A stretch of 64,000 nt of DNA from an uncultured Bacilli bacterium (GCA_947626095.1 CANQQV010000003.1:1-64000); one strand, 5' to 3'. Positions 27,827 through 38,907 are shown, counted from the first letter of the stretch. Translations and numbers: made by a program. Notes: generated by a model from the sequence alone, not told the origin.

Positions 27827-28501
27827 CTACTCATTATTATTTACAATATGTCCATCTTCAAGTTTAATAATACGATCAGCAGTAGCAGCTAAGTCTAGAT
27901 TATGTGTAATCATAATAATAGTTTGATTGTATTTCTTATTTGATAATTTAAGTAATTCTGCTATTTCTTCTGAGGCTTTAGAATCTAAGTTACCAGTTGG
28001 TTCATCAGCTAAGATAATGGCTGGACTAGTAATCATTGCACGACCAATAGAAGTTCTTTGTTGTTGGCCACCAGATAATTCATTAGGTAGATGTTTACGA
28101 CGATCTTCTAAACCTAAAGTTTTAAGTAAACTATCTAGTTCTTTAGTATCTACTTTACGACCATCTAATTCTAAAGGTAAAGTAATATTTTCTTCAACAT
28201 TTAAAATAGGTATTAAATTATAAAACTGATAAATTAAACCAACTTGCCTTCTTCTAAATATTGCTAAGGCATCATCATTTAGTTCATAGATATCTTTCCC
28301 ATCAATAAATACTTTACCACGCGTTGGACGATCAACTCCCCCAATTAAATGTAATAGAGTTGACTTACCACTACCTGATGCTCCAACTATTGCAACAAAT
28401 TCACCCTTTTCTACCGTAAAAGATACATTATCTAAAGCTACTACCTTAGTATCTCCTTTACCATATATTTTTGTTAAATTCTCTACTTTTAAAATTTCCA
28501 T
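27827..28501 (-). CDS. ABC transporter ATP-binding protein (LolD/MacB type)
   Basis: GASGSGKST, LSGGQQQR and ADEPTGNLD. Confidence 0.95.
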   Translation of the reverse strand: MEILKVENLTKIYGKGDTKVVALDNVSFTVEKGEFVAIVGASGSGKSTLLHLIGGVDRPTRGKVFIDGKDIYELNDDALAIFRRRQVGLIYQFYNLIPILNVEENITLPLELDGRKVDTKELDSLLKTLGLEDRRKHLPNELSGGQQQRTSIGRAMITSPAIILADEPTGNLDSKASEEIAELLKLSNKKYNQTIIMITHNLDLAATADRIIKLEDGHIVNNNE

Positions 28502-28523
28502 TTTTCTTCTCCTTTCTTAAAAG

Positions 28524-31262
28524 TTAGATATTTTCATTACGAATCGTTTCAATAATATTTTGTTTATTTATTTTATTGATTGAATATTTCATAATTGAAA
28601 TAATTAATAGTAATACCACGATAGTTCCCGTAATAATTGCCAAGTAAGGTAAGATAAATACACTAGTTAAATCACTATTAAACTTCGCATAGTAATAATA
28701 AATTAAATACGATAAAATACATCCTAATGGTAAACCTATTATTAATGATTTAAAACCATAGAATAAACTTTCCAATCTAATCATTCTCTTAAACTCTTTA
28801 TCTGTCATTCCAATACTTTTTAACATTGCAAATTCTCTTTTACGCAGTTCCATACTTGTTGTTATCGTATTAAATATATTTGTAATACCTATTAAAGCAA
28901 TAACTGTTATAAAACCATATAAGAAAATAGCTATTAAAGTATATAGTGATAATCTTTCACGAATTCCCTCGTTACCATTTATTAACATATAATCATCTTC
29001 CGAAAAATCATCTTGTAATAAATTTACGATATCACTTTGTAACTTATCTGGATCAGTTGAATTAATATACAAAGTATCAAATACATTACTATCTTCATTA
29101 AATAATTTATTATATTGTTCTTCACTAACAATCATACGAGATCGAATATATCTTTTAGCAATACCAAAAGGTACTTCATCAGTCATTTTAGCAATTTTAA
29201 ATTCATATATTTCTTTTTCAGCTTCTGGATTACAATAAAATGAGCCTGCCCCAAAATATAGTTTTATCGTATCTCCTTCTTTAAAATTGAAATAAGGAAT
29301 AATACTATTAATCACCGTTTTTTTATCTTCATCAAAATATGAATCAGCAACATTATTTAAAAGAATTCCCCCATTTTCTTCTTTAACTTTATCATAATCA
29401 AGATTTAACTTTTTAAGATAGTTTTTATATTCTTCATCATTTATTTTAATCACATCTATACTTTCACTATATACTTTATTCTCTTCTATTTCACCAGATG
29501 GATCATCAGTCATATAACAGTAAGACGAACCTTGAAAACTACCATTTGTTTTCGTAAATTCCTTACTATATTTATAATCTTTAACATTTATTGGCATTTC
29601 ATCAGTACGAACATACTGTTTAATATTATTAAGCTTTAAAATACTATCTAGATAAAATTCCTCATTATGCTCACGATTAGAAGTAAAACGAAAAGTTATA
29701 TTATAATCAAATAAATTTAATTGTTCATCAACATTTTTAAAAGCCAAATTCATAAAGTAATATAAAGATATAAAAACCGCTAGACAAACAACAATAGACA
29801 CAATCGTTGGACGATATTGTTTTTTATTACGTTTTAAATTTTTATAGGAAATAGTTCCCCCAATTCCAAATAATTTATCAATAAACTTTGGTATTTTAAG
29901 TTTCTTCGCTTTAATTTTTAACTCTGAACTATTACGTATTGCTTCAATTGGACTTATTTTAGCTGCTTTATGAGCACTACGCCATGAAGATAAGAAGATA
30001 GTTATCAATCCTAAAAGAGTTGATAATAAGATTGCTAACCACGAAACAACATAGATAAATTTAATTGGATATAAATTTTTTAAAAAGAAATTAACTAAAA
30101 CTATTAAGACTGCTGATGCAATTAAACCACAAATTATTCCTAAAGGTATTGCTATTAAACCAAGTATTAAACCTTCGTAATAAACACTTCTTTTAATTTG
30201 TTTCTTAGTTGCACCAATACTTGATAACATGCCATATTGTCTAATCTTCTCCGTAAGTGATATATCAAAACTATTTTTAATACAGAAAACTGAAGTAAAA
30301 ATGATTATTAAACAAACAATTGAACCAGCAATGGCTAAAGCTTGGGTTGTCGGTTCAGCAAAATAATTACTTTCTAACATAATAAGTTCACTATTATAAT
30401 CAAAATCATATTTTTTTAATTTATTATAAGTTTCCTCTAATTCTATTCTTTCATCAAATGATAAGTCAATTATATAATCGATATTTTCACACTTTAAATA
30501 TAAGTCTAAATCGACTCCCAAAATATTTGCCACTACTTCATCTCTATTGGCTAAAGATTTAGTTGTAAATCTCGTATAAACATCAACATCAGAAGTAATA
30601 TTATCTTCATCAAGTAAAGTAAAGAATGAATAACCTGGTGAAGAAAAAGCTTCCACATCATATATTGGTCTTTCAATAATACCTACTACTTTATATTTCT
30701 TCGTAAATACTTTTTCAAAATGTTCCTCTTCTGGAACATAACTATTACTAATACCTAATTTAAAATTATCGCTATTAAGTCTACGATCACCTATATCTAA
30801 AGTTAATTCATCACCTATTTGATAATTAACATGACCATTACTTTCTAAATGTTCCGGTATAACTATTTCTGAATCATTTTCTGGTAATCTTCCATCTATT
30901 AAAGTAATACCTAAATTAGTAAATGCTTTTTTAGAAAAAGATCTGAGTAAAATATAAGGTTTATATTCATTTTCACTCTCTTTTAAAGGAGCATAACCTA
31001 TATAAGAAGTTAAATAATAATCTTCTAAAGAACGATTTTCTTTAAAATATTTATAATCACCGGCTGGTACATCATAAAAAACATAGTGGTAGTCGCCTCT
31101 ATCTTCTTTAGCATAATTAATAAGTGATGCCCTAGCACTAAAAAACATATTCGCTACAGCTGTAAGTAAAGCCACTGATAACATAATTCCAATAATAGTA
31201 ACAATCGTTCTTTTCTTATTTAATTTAAGATTTTTAATTGTTATTTTATTTAATAAATTCAT
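28524..31262 (-). CDS. ABC transporter permease (FtsX/MacB-like), paralog of 25070-27817
   Basis: Same motifs and near-identical C-terminus KQNIIETIR.ENI. Confidence 0.9.
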   Translation of the reverse strand: MNLLNKITIKNLKLNKKRTIVTIIGIMLSVALLTAVANMFFSARASLINYAKEDRGDYHYVFYDVPAGDYKYFKENRSLEDYYLTSYIGYAPLKESENEYKPYILLRSFSKKAFTNLGITLIDGRLPENDSEIVIPEHLESNGHVNYQIGDELTLDIGDRRLNSDNFKLGISNSYVPEEEHFEKVFTKKYKVVGIIERPIYDVEAFSSPGYSFFTLLDEDNITSDVDVYTRFTTKSLANRDEVVANILGVDLDLYLKCENIDYIIDLSFDERIELEETYNKLKKYDFDYNSELIMLESNYFAEPTTQALAIAGSIVCLIIIFTSVFCIKNSFDISLTEKIRQYGMLSSIGATKKQIKRSVYYEGLILGLIAIPLGIICGLIASAVLIVLVNFFLKNLYPIKFIYVVSWLAILLSTLLGLITIFLSSWRSAHKAAKISPIEAIRNSSELKIKAKKLKIPKFIDKLFGIGGTISYKNLKRNKKQYRPTIVSIVVCLAVFISLYYFMNLAFKNVDEQLNLFDYNITFRFTSNREHNEEFYLDSILKLNNIKQYVRTDEMPINVKDYKYSKEFTKTNGSFQGSSYCYMTDDPSGEIEENKVYSESIDVIKINDEEYKNYLKKLNLDYDKVKEENGGILLNNVADSYFDEDKKTVINSIIPYFNFKEGDTIKLYFGAGSFYCNPEAEKEIYEFKIAKMTDEVPFGIAKRYIRSRMIVSEEQYNKLFNEDSNVFDTLYINSTDPDKLQSDIVNLLQDDFSEDDYMLINGNEGIRERLSLYTLIAIFLYGFITVIALIGITNIFNTITTSMELRKREFAMLKSIGMTDKEFKRMIRLESLFYGFKSLIIGLPLGCILSYLIYYYYAKFNSDLTSVFILPYLAIITGTIVVLLLIISIMKYSINKINKQNIIETIRNENI

Positions 31263-31296
31263 AATATCTTCCTTTCAAATCTTATTATAAAGTATC

Positions 31297-31316
31297 TAAA
31301 TGACATTTAAATGACA
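31297..31316 (-). promoter_or_regulatory. Direct repeat, putative OmpR-family binding site of the ABC operon
   Basis: TGTCATTTA-aa-TGTCATTTA (11-bp period), ending 7 nt upstream of TATAAT (31284-31289). Confidence 0.6.
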
Positions 31317-31329
31317 AAAATAAAAGAAG

Positions 31330-32049
31330 TTACTCTGTAACTCCTTCATTTAACTTACTAGTTATTTCTATATATTCATCATATATCTCTGTACTATCAA
31401 AACTAATTGTATCTTTTTTTATCTCCCAATGTTTAACATTAGTCTCTAAAAAAGTTAATGCTTCATTATATACATCTAAACGATTATTTGCTTTATTATA
31501 TTTAGCTAATAAATTTTCTTTTAATGTTTCATCATTAACTTCATTAGTTAATTCCAAATAAAATTTAATATAATAGTTACTTAAATCTTTACTTGTCACA
31601 TAACTTAACTTAGTATCTTCAACTGTTAAATAATTAATAAATAAATTATAGTACTCTTCAATCTGGGCTTTGGTATTATTAATAAGGTCTTTAGACTTTA
31701 ATAAAGCATCAGAATTAGGTTTTAAATTACTAACTGCTAAATAATTATATTCGTTTTCTTCATCCAATAAGAAGTTTAAATTTTTTAAATTACTATATAA
31801 ATCTTTATAATATAATTTAATACTATCTTCTACTTTACTATAATCTCCTCTAGTAATAACTCTTCTTTCTAACACCGCATTAACATCTTCATTATCAATA
31901 TTAGCTGTGCCAAAAACTTTAGTTACTTCTTTTATCTCATCTCTTATTTTAGCCTCTTTTTTAAAATCAATAGAAATTTTAATTGTAACCCCAATAATTA
32001 CAAGCACTAATATAACTATAATACCTACTAATAACTTCTTATTTTTCAT
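31330..32049 (-). CDS. Hypothetical membrane-anchored helical protein
   Basis: 239-aa ORF with SD and one N-terminal TM. Confidence 0.7.
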   Translation of the reverse strand: MKNKKLLVGIIVILVLVIIGVTIKISIDFKKEAKIRDEIKEVTKVFGTANIDNEDVNAVLERRVITRGDYSKVEDSIKLYYKDLYSNLKNLNFLLDEENEYNYLAVSNLKPNSDALLKSKDLINNTKAQIEEYYNLFINYLTVEDTKLSYVTSKDLSNYYIKFYLELTNEVNDETLKENLLAKYNKANNRLDVYNEALTFLETNVKHWEIKKDTISFDSTEIYDEYIEITSKLNEGVTE

Positions 32050-32189
32050 GGTAACACCCCTTAATGCATTTTAAGTATATCGATATCTATTTTTAAAATC
32101 AACCTTCCCTAACAAGGTTTACATATTTTGACAAAAAATATCTTACATAATAGTCTATGTAAGATATTTAATTAAATTGTAATATTTAC

Positions 32190-33362
32190 TTAACTAATTT
32201 GTTTAGCTATTAATACAAAACGTTTATTTTTGTATTTGCTATATTTTGAATGATATGTACAAGTTTGAACAACTAAGATTTTATCACTAGAAGATACTTC
32301 AGTACCAAAATCATACCATGAATTATCTTTTAATTGTTTAATATGGTTAGCCCAATCTGCATCTGAATCAAAGTTAACATTCATATATGAAAAATTATGT
32401 AATTCATCAGCATCAATATAAACAGAGAATATTTCAAAAGTACGTACTTGTGTCTTAGTTGTAACTTTAATTATACGATTTTTCTTCGCAAAATCTTCAG
32501 TGTAATATTTTTCAAGTTTCTTAAAAGGTGGATTTAAATTTGGTGAATTATGACCAAAAATCAAAATTTTTGGTGAATTATCAATATTAACACGATAATC
32601 TAAGAAAGTAGAACCAATAACATTTTTCTTTTTATTTATATCATGATTTAAATAATAACTATTATTTGTTGATTGAAGAACTGGTTCTTTTAAATCTAAA
32701 CCAGGAAATTCAATTAAACCAACGACATCTGGATTTTCATAATCATCAGAAAAATCTTCTGGAACTTCTGGTTCTGGTGTTGGTTCCTCAACCTTAGTTT
32801 CTGTTTGTTCTTCTGTTTTATTACTTGTTTCTTCTACTTTATCAGATTTGTGGAAGGTAGTTGCTACTAAAAATAAAGTAATCGTAATAACAACTAATAT
32901 AAGAATTATAATTAATGGTTTTTCTTTTAAACGTAACTTTTTCTTTTTAGCATGCTTACTTTCTTGAACAGGAGGAACTTGCTTTTCAGCTTTTCCTTCT
33001 ACTTTTTTTTCAGCTTCCTTTTTTACTTCATTTTCTTTTTTAGTCTCAACTTTATCTTCAACCTTGTTTGGTGTTACTTTATCTAAACCTTTTTCAATTA
33101 CTTGTTCTTCAACTCTTTCAGCTGTTCTATCTACTCTTTTGCCAATAGATTTTTCACTAGGTTTCTCAGATGTTACTTTTCTACTATTTTCAATTGGTTT
33201 ATTCGTTATTCTTTCAAGCTCTCTATCTACTCTTTTTTCACTGGTTTTATTCGCTTGTCTTTGAACAGGTCTATCTACACGTCTATCAGTTCTTTTAGTA
33301 GTTGTTCGACTAGACCTACTAGATCTACTAGATCTACTTACTTCTTTCCCCATTTCCTTCAT
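32190..33362 (-). CDS. srtB: Class B sortase with long charged N-terminal extension
   Basis: PVLQSTNNSYYLNHD, FLDYR, IFGHN and catalytic QTC...R. TM begins near residue 150. Confidence 0.85.
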   Translation of the reverse strand: MKEMGKEVSRSSRSSRSSRTTTKRTDRRVDRPVQRQANKTSEKRVDRELERITNKPIENSRKVTSEKPSEKSIGKRVDRTAERVEEQVIEKGLDKVTPNKVEDKVETKKENEVKKEAEKKVEGKAEKQVPPVQESKHAKKKKLRLKEKPLIIILILVVITITLFLVATTFHKSDKVEETSNKTEEQTETKVEEPTPEPEVPEDFSDDYENPDVVGLIEFPGLDLKEPVLQSTNNSYYLNHDINKKKNVIGSTFLDYRVNIDNSPKILIFGHNSPNLNPPFKKLEKYYTEDFAKKNRIIKVTTKTQVRTFEIFSVYIDADELHNFSYMNVNFDSDADWANHIKQLKDNSWYDFGTEVSSSDKILVVQTCTYHSKYSKYKNKRFVLIAKQIS

Positions 33363-33420
33363 CCTTCTTTCAATAATATGTTACTTTATTGTCTAAAATA
33401 AGTCAAGATAATAATTAAAA

Positions 33421-33924
33421 TTAAATAACTGAGATATAATTTAAATTAAACATTAATTCTAAGTCTAAAGCTTCATAAACTTTTTCTTTTTGCACTGGGT
33501 AATAAATACGGACTTTAATTTTTTTCTTTTCGCCCGCTTTGAGTAAATCATCTTTTTGAATAATTTTATCATCTAAATAAGTTAAAGAATAATCTAAGAT
33601 TTTTTTGTCATTTTTAACATCGAGATTAATCTCCCCAATCTTAGCATCTAAAGTTCCATTATTAACAACATCTAAAGTAAATTCATAAAATTCCGTTTCT
33701 TTATCAAATTGAACTTGTAAAGAAATTGCATTATCATTTAAAGATATTGTTCCATCCTCACTACCTTTTGTTACTTCTAAATTAGTAAAATTAATATTCC
33801 ACATATATGATGAATCAAACTTTTGCTCTCTAATCGTATGAATAAAATTAATTGTTAAAAGACTAAAAATAAAAATAACAGTTAAAATAATCATACCTTC
33901 TAAAATATGGATTTGTTTTTTCAT
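33421..33924 (-). CDS. Hypothetical membrane-anchored beta-sandwich protein
   Basis: N-terminal TM and WNINF...YEFTLDVVNNGTLDAKI. Confidence 0.65.
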   Translation of the reverse strand: MKKQIHILEGMIILTVIFIFSLLTINFIHTIREQKFDSSYMWNINFTNLEVTKGSEDGTISLNDNAISLQVQFDKETEFYEFTLDVVNNGTLDAKIGEINLDVKNDKKILDYSLTYLDDKIIQKDDLLKAGEKKKIKVRIYYPVQKEKVYEALDLELMFNLNYISVI

Positions 33925-34001
33925 ATCAATCACTCTTGGTTAACTATTATACTAAAAATATTAAAATATACAAAGTTATTTTTTACCAAGAAAAAAAGAT
34001 T

Positions 34002-34775
34002 TTATTCAAATCTTTTAATTCTTAATCTTAAACTAATAATTAATAAACCTGATAATATTACAAGAAGAATTACTGCTGGCATCAATTTATCAGATGTTGT
34101 TGGATTCTTCTTATCCTCTCCTGGATCTTGTGATGTCGTTGGTTTTTCAGGTTCTGTAGGAGTTTCTGGAGTAACTGGTTCACTTGGAGTAACTGGTTCT
34201 TCTGGTTTAGTAGGTTCCACTGGTGTTACAGATTCTGATACATCATTTGCTATATTATTAAAAGTTAAAACACCATCTTTCGTAATAACCCCAGATATTA
34301 CCTTTTTATTTTCAGCACCAATATATGTTTTATAACCATCAACTTCCTCTTGCGTAATTGTATAACTAGCATTCACTGGAACATCTGTAAATTTCACTGT
34401 TTCATTACTATTTAATGTCAATGTAGTCTCCCCATTAGCACTAAAAACCTGATAACTACTTGTTCCATCTGCTTTTATATATTTATGTGCTCCACTCATT
34501 TTATCTATTTTAATTGTATAAGTATAAGTATTTTTTTTCTTATCACTTTGTTTATTAGAAAGAGTTAAATTTGTATAAGAAATAGGCTCTTCTTCCATGT
34601 AAGTTTCAATTTCTATATCATCAACATTTAAGCCATTAGAAACAGTACCATCATCAATCATCTGTAAATACTCAACACTCTCTAAACTTCTATTCATATA
34701 GAAATCAGCTACTACAAGTGTTATAGTGAGTAAAATAACAATTGCATAAACGAGTTTTCTATCCATAGCTTTCAC
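34002..34775 (-). CDS. Putative sortase-B-anchored surface protein
   Basis: Signal/TM, Ig-like domain (FTDVPVNASYTITQE), Pro/Thr/Glu-rich stalk, then NPTTSD + TM + basic tail. Confidence 0.7.
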   Translation of the reverse strand: MKAMDRKLVYAIVILLTITLVVADFYMNRSLESVEYLQMIDDGTVSNGLNVDDIEIETYMEEEPISYTNLTLSNKQSDKKKNTYTYTIKIDKMSGAHKYIKADGTSSYQVFSANGETTLTLNSNETVKFTDVPVNASYTITQEEVDGYKTYIGAENKKVISGVITKDGVLTFNNIANDVSESVTPVEPTKPEEPVTPSEPVTPETPTEPEKPTTSQDPGEDKKNPTTSDKLMPAVILLVILSGLLIISLRLRIKRFE

Positions 34776-34884
34776 TACTTTCTACTATATATATTATATA
34801 ATCTTTATAAATTAATAGCAATCTTATTTTTAGTATCGACCATATTTACTTTACTATACAAAAAAAGAATATACAATGTATATT

Positions 34885-37437
34885 CTATTCTGTTCTTAAA
34901 GCTACAACTGGATCTTTCTTAGAAGCAATCTTCGCTGGTATAAAGCCGGCTAATACTGTAAGTAACACACTTATAATAATTAAGATAATTGCTCCATCAA
35001 CTGGTAACTTAGCAATATTACTAATATTTACAATATTCTTAATAATAATATTAATTGGAATATTAAGTAAAACAGTTACTACAATACCTAAAACACCAGC
35101 TGTTAAACCTTCAATTAACGTCTCAGCATTAAATACTCTCGAAACATCTTTCTTAGAAGCACCTATTGCTCTTAAAATACCTATTTCTTTAGTTCTTTCA
35201 ATAACTGAAATATATGTAATAATCGCAATCATTATTGAAGATACAACTAAACTAATTGCTACAAAGGCGATTAAAACACTACTAATAACATTAACAATAG
35301 TTGACACTGAACTCATCATAACTCCAACTAAATCAGTATAAGTTAATTGATCTTCTTCCTTTTTACCTTCATTATATTCATCAATTATCTTAACTATTTC
35401 TTCTTTAGCATCAAAATCTTTAGGATAAATAGATATCGTATCAGGATCATCTAAATCAGCAATCCCTAACTTAGTTAAATTCTCTTCATAACTTGAAGTC
35501 ATATTTTCTGTTATATTTTTAATATATTCCATTTGTTCAGCTTCAGATAGTTTTTGGAATGCTGCATATTGTTCTTTAGTAAATGAAGTTGGATCAAATT
35601 TATTATTCGTTGTAAATTCTTGACCTGTAAAGATATTTATCTCGGGATTTTCTAATTGCTCTTTAGTTATTTTTTCTTCATTAATCGTCTTAATTAAGTG
35701 TTCCATTAGTTCATGTGTATAACCAACCATACCAGGAGTTCCACTGCCTGTAATTGCTTCTTCATTTGGTTTAATAATACCTACTATTTTTATTTCTTCA
35801 GCATCTTTTAATTTTTTCTTCATGTAGTCCTCATCTGAAGAACGATCAACCCATAAGCTACCTACTTTTTCATAGTAATCAGTATTTAATAATAGTTTAA
35901 AAGAGGTATTAAGTAATTCTTCTGTTGTATATGAATGTTCATCAAACTTAACTTTTTTACCTGTTGTCATATTCGTAAATTGTTCTTTTAAGTCATCTTG
36001 TTCTAATAGACCTAAACTATATAATGTATAATCAGATATTTCATTATTATCATTTACTTGTAATACAACTTCATTATATTTTTCTGGCCAACGACCATCA
36101 ACTAAATCATATTGTTGTTTTAACAAATCTTCATTATCAATTAATTCATAGAACACATCATATGAAGACATATAAGTACTATAAACACTAGACATTCCTG
36201 ATGTTCCCATACCTAAAGTATCAAAAACTGTTGTTGGATTGATTTGAACTACTCGATCTGGATCATTTTTATATAAATTCATTGTTACATTATATGAATA
36301 TCTAATTGATGTAACATAATCATTGATATTAGTCTTATCACTTTCTAAATACTCTTTAAAAGCCTTTAAATCATTTCTATCTACTTCTTGTGATAATGTT
36401 GTAAATAAATCACCCATTATATTTAGGGAATGTATTTTATCATCATCATAAGCTTTACGTTCTTGATTACCAGACATATTAATAATTAATGATGACATAT
36501 CCACTGATTCTTTTTCTATCGTTAACGGATAAGAACTTAAAGTTTCTTCTTCCGTTTTATTTATATATTCTTGAATACCATGTGATAACGATAAAATTAA
36601 AGCAATTCCTATAATACCTATTGAACCAGCAAATGCTGTTAAAATTGTACGTCCTTTTTTTGTCATTAAGTTATTCAAACTTAAAGATAAAGCTGTTAAG
36701 AAACTCATTTGCGTCTTTTTACTTTTATTAGTTTTTTCAATTAGTACTTCATCTTTACCATCAAATGGATTAGAATCATCAATAATCTCTCCATCTAATA
36801 ACTTAACAATTCTAGTTGAATAATTAACTGCTAATTCTGGATTATGAGTTACCATAATAACTAATTTATCTTTAGCTATTTCTTTAAGTAAATCTAAAAC
36901 TTGTAAACTTGTCTCAGAATCTAATGCTCCTGTTGGTTCATCAGCCAATAAAATATCTGGATCATTAACTAAGGCACGAGCAATAGCAATTCTCTGCATT
37001 TGACCACCACTCATTTGATTAGGTCTTTTATGCATTTGCTTTTCCAAACCGACTTTTTTCAAAACCGCAATACTTCTTTTTCTTCTTTCTTCTTTACCTA
37101 TACCTGATAAAGTTAAAGCTAATTCAACGTTTTGTAAAGCCGTTTGATGTGGTATTAAATTATAACTTTGAAAAACAAAGCCAACACGATGATTACGATA
37201 AGTATCCCAATCACGATCAGTAAAGTCTTTAGTTGAAACATCATTAATGATTAAATCTCCACTAGTATACTCATCTAAACCACCAACAATATTAAGTAAA
37301 GTTGTTTTACCACTACCACTTTGACCTAAAATAGAAACAAATTCACTACGACGAAATTTAATATCTATTTTATTTAAAGCTTTCTGATTAGTACCAGCTA
37401 CTTCATAAACTTTCGTAATCTTTTTTAATTCTAACAT
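34885..37437 (-). CDS. Fused ABC ATPase-permease (MacB-like)
   Basis: GQSGSGKTT, MSGGQMQR, ADEPTGALD, ERTKEIGILRAIGA and DPVVALRTE. Confidence 0.92.
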   Translation of the reverse strand: MLELKKITKVYEVAGTNQKALNKIDIKFRRSEFVSILGQSGSGKTTLLNIVGGLDEYTSGDLIINDVSTKDFTDRDWDTYRNHRVGFVFQSYNLIPHQTALQNVELALTLSGIGKEERRKRSIAVLKKVGLEKQMHKRPNQMSGGQMQRIAIARALVNDPDILLADEPTGALDSETSLQVLDLLKEIAKDKLVIMVTHNPELAVNYSTRIVKLLDGEIIDDSNPFDGKDEVLIEKTNKSKKTQMSFLTALSLSLNNLMTKKGRTILTAFAGSIGIIGIALILSLSHGIQEYINKTEEETLSSYPLTIEKESVDMSSLIINMSGNQERKAYDDDKIHSLNIMGDLFTTLSQEVDRNDLKAFKEYLESDKTNINDYVTSIRYSYNVTMNLYKNDPDRVVQINPTTVFDTLGMGTSGMSSVYSTYMSSYDVFYELIDNEDLLKQQYDLVDGRWPEKYNEVVLQVNDNNEISDYTLYSLGLLEQDDLKEQFTNMTTGKKVKFDEHSYTTEELLNTSFKLLLNTDYYEKVGSLWVDRSSDEDYMKKKLKDAEEIKIVGIIKPNEEAITGSGTPGMVGYTHELMEHLIKTINEEKITKEQLENPEINIFTGQEFTTNNKFDPTSFTKEQYAAFQKLSEAEQMEYIKNITENMTSSYEENLTKLGIADLDDPDTISIYPKDFDAKEEIVKIIDEYNEGKKEEDQLTYTDLVGVMMSSVSTIVNVISSVLIAFVAISLVVSSIMIAIITYISVIERTKEIGILRAIGASKKDVSRVFNAETLIEGLTAGVLGIVVTVLLNIPINIIIKNIVNISNIAKLPVDGAIILIIISVLLTVLAGFIPAKIASKKDPVVALRTE

Positions 37438-37488
37438 CGTATCACTCTTTCTTTTAATCAAGTTACTTTATATTATAATATAAAATCT

Positions 37489-38904
37489 TTATTTTTTTAA
37501 CCTTAAATTCGTAAATAAGACAATAATTGGGAATATTTCTAAGCGTCCTAATAACATTCCTATACTTAATGTTATTTTAGATAAGGAACTAAAACTATAA
37601 AAATCACTAATATTAAAGCATAAACCAACGTTAGCAAAGGTTGCAGCTACTGCATTAATCGTTGTCTCTAAATCAAAGCCATCAAAGCTTACAATAAACA
37701 TTATGCCTAAAATAAGAAGAAAATACAAAAACATAAATGTACAAGTATTCTTGATTGTATCTTCATCAACCTTTTTATCTTCATATGTAATCGTATAAAC
37801 ACTATTAGGATGGACTAACTTTAAAAAATCTCTTTTAATCGTCTTAAACACGATAATTAATCTTGTTATCTTAAATCCTCCACACGTTGATCCTGCACAA
37901 GCACTAATTAACATTAAACATATTAAGATAATTCGACTAGTTGTCGGTAAAATATTAATATCGCCAATACTAAATCCCGTACTACTAATAATTGAACTAG
38001 TATGAAAAAAGATCTGGGTAAAAGCTTCAAATAAATTATTAAATAACTGATAACTATTAACTAAAATAATTAATATAGCACTGACAAAAATAATTAAATA
38101 AGTCTTTAATTCTTCACTCTTTAAAGCCGTCTTAATATTTTTCATTAAAATTAAAAAATAAATATTAAAGTTAATTCCAAATAAGAACATAAAAATAGCT
38201 ACAACATACTTATTGAATAAACTATAAGTTGCTAAACTGCTATTTAAAGGGGCAAACCCTCCAGTTCCTGCAGTTGAAAAAGCTACTAATATACTATCAA
38301 ATACGTCTAACCCACCAATCAGTAATAAAACTATTTCTATTACAGTTAAACTTAAATATATAAAATATAAATAAAACAAAGTCTTTTTTAAACTAGGTAC
38401 TAATTTAGCTACACTAGGTCCAGGCATTTCTGCTTTTAAAACATGCATTGATTTATCATTACTCGATAATGGTATAATAGCCATTACAAACGCTAAAACT
38501 CCCATACCACCTAAAAAATGGGTAAAACTACGCCAAAAAAGAATACTCTTATTTAAACTTTCTACATCTCTAAATATCGTTGCTCCCGTTGTCGTAAGAC
38601 CTGATACTGCTTCAAAAAAAGCATTAACAAACGAAACATGATGCGTAATCATAAAAGGTATAGCACTTAAAAGACTAATAATAATCCATGCTAACGCCAC
38701 AATAATAAACCCATCTTTAGCATACAAATTCTTTTTCCCTATTTTTATACTATTTAACACTAATCCTAAGACTAAACTTATAAATAAAGGAACTATAAAC
38801 CCTATAATAGATTCATGATAACTAATAGCTGTTATTATCGGTACAACTAAAATAAGAGAAAAACCAATTAAAACTTTACCAATATACTTTAAAATATTCT
38901 TCAT
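37489..38904 (-). CDS. trkH: Trk potassium uptake membrane protein
   Basis: FEAVSGLTTTGAT, TAGTGGF, ACAGSTCGGFK and GRLEIFP. Confidence 0.95.
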   Translation of the reverse strand: MKNILKYIGKVLIGFSLILVVPIITAISYHESIIGFIVPLFISLVLGLVLNSIKIGKKNLYAKDGFIIVALAWIIISLLSAIPFMITHHVSFVNAFFEAVSGLTTTGATIFRDVESLNKSILFWRSFTHFLGGMGVLAFVMAIIPLSSNDKSMHVLKAEMPGPSVAKLVPSLKKTLFYLYFIYLSLTVIEIVLLLIGGLDVFDSILVAFSTAGTGGFAPLNSSLATYSLFNKYVVAIFMFLFGINFNIYFLILMKNIKTALKSEELKTYLIIFVSAILIILVNSYQLFNNLFEAFTQIFFHTSSIISSTGFSIGDINILPTTSRIILICLMLISACAGSTCGGFKITRLIIVFKTIKRDFLKLVHPNSVYTITYEDKKVDEDTIKNTCTFMFLYFLLILGIMFIVSFDGFDLETTINAVAATFANVGLCFNISDFYSFSSLSKITLSIGMLLGRLEIFPIIVLFTNLRLKK

Positions 38905-38907
38905 AAG

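Noticed and set aside
25070-28570. Near-identical DNA stretches at the 3' ends of the two permease genes
   Set aside because: Explained by paralogy (KQNIIETIR.ENI), not by a mobile-element repeat.
34140-34230. Short tandem repeats (ggagtaactggttc-like) resembling an array
   Set aside because: They encode the Pro/Thr/Glu stalk of a surface protein. There are no spacers and no cas genes, so this is not CRISPR.
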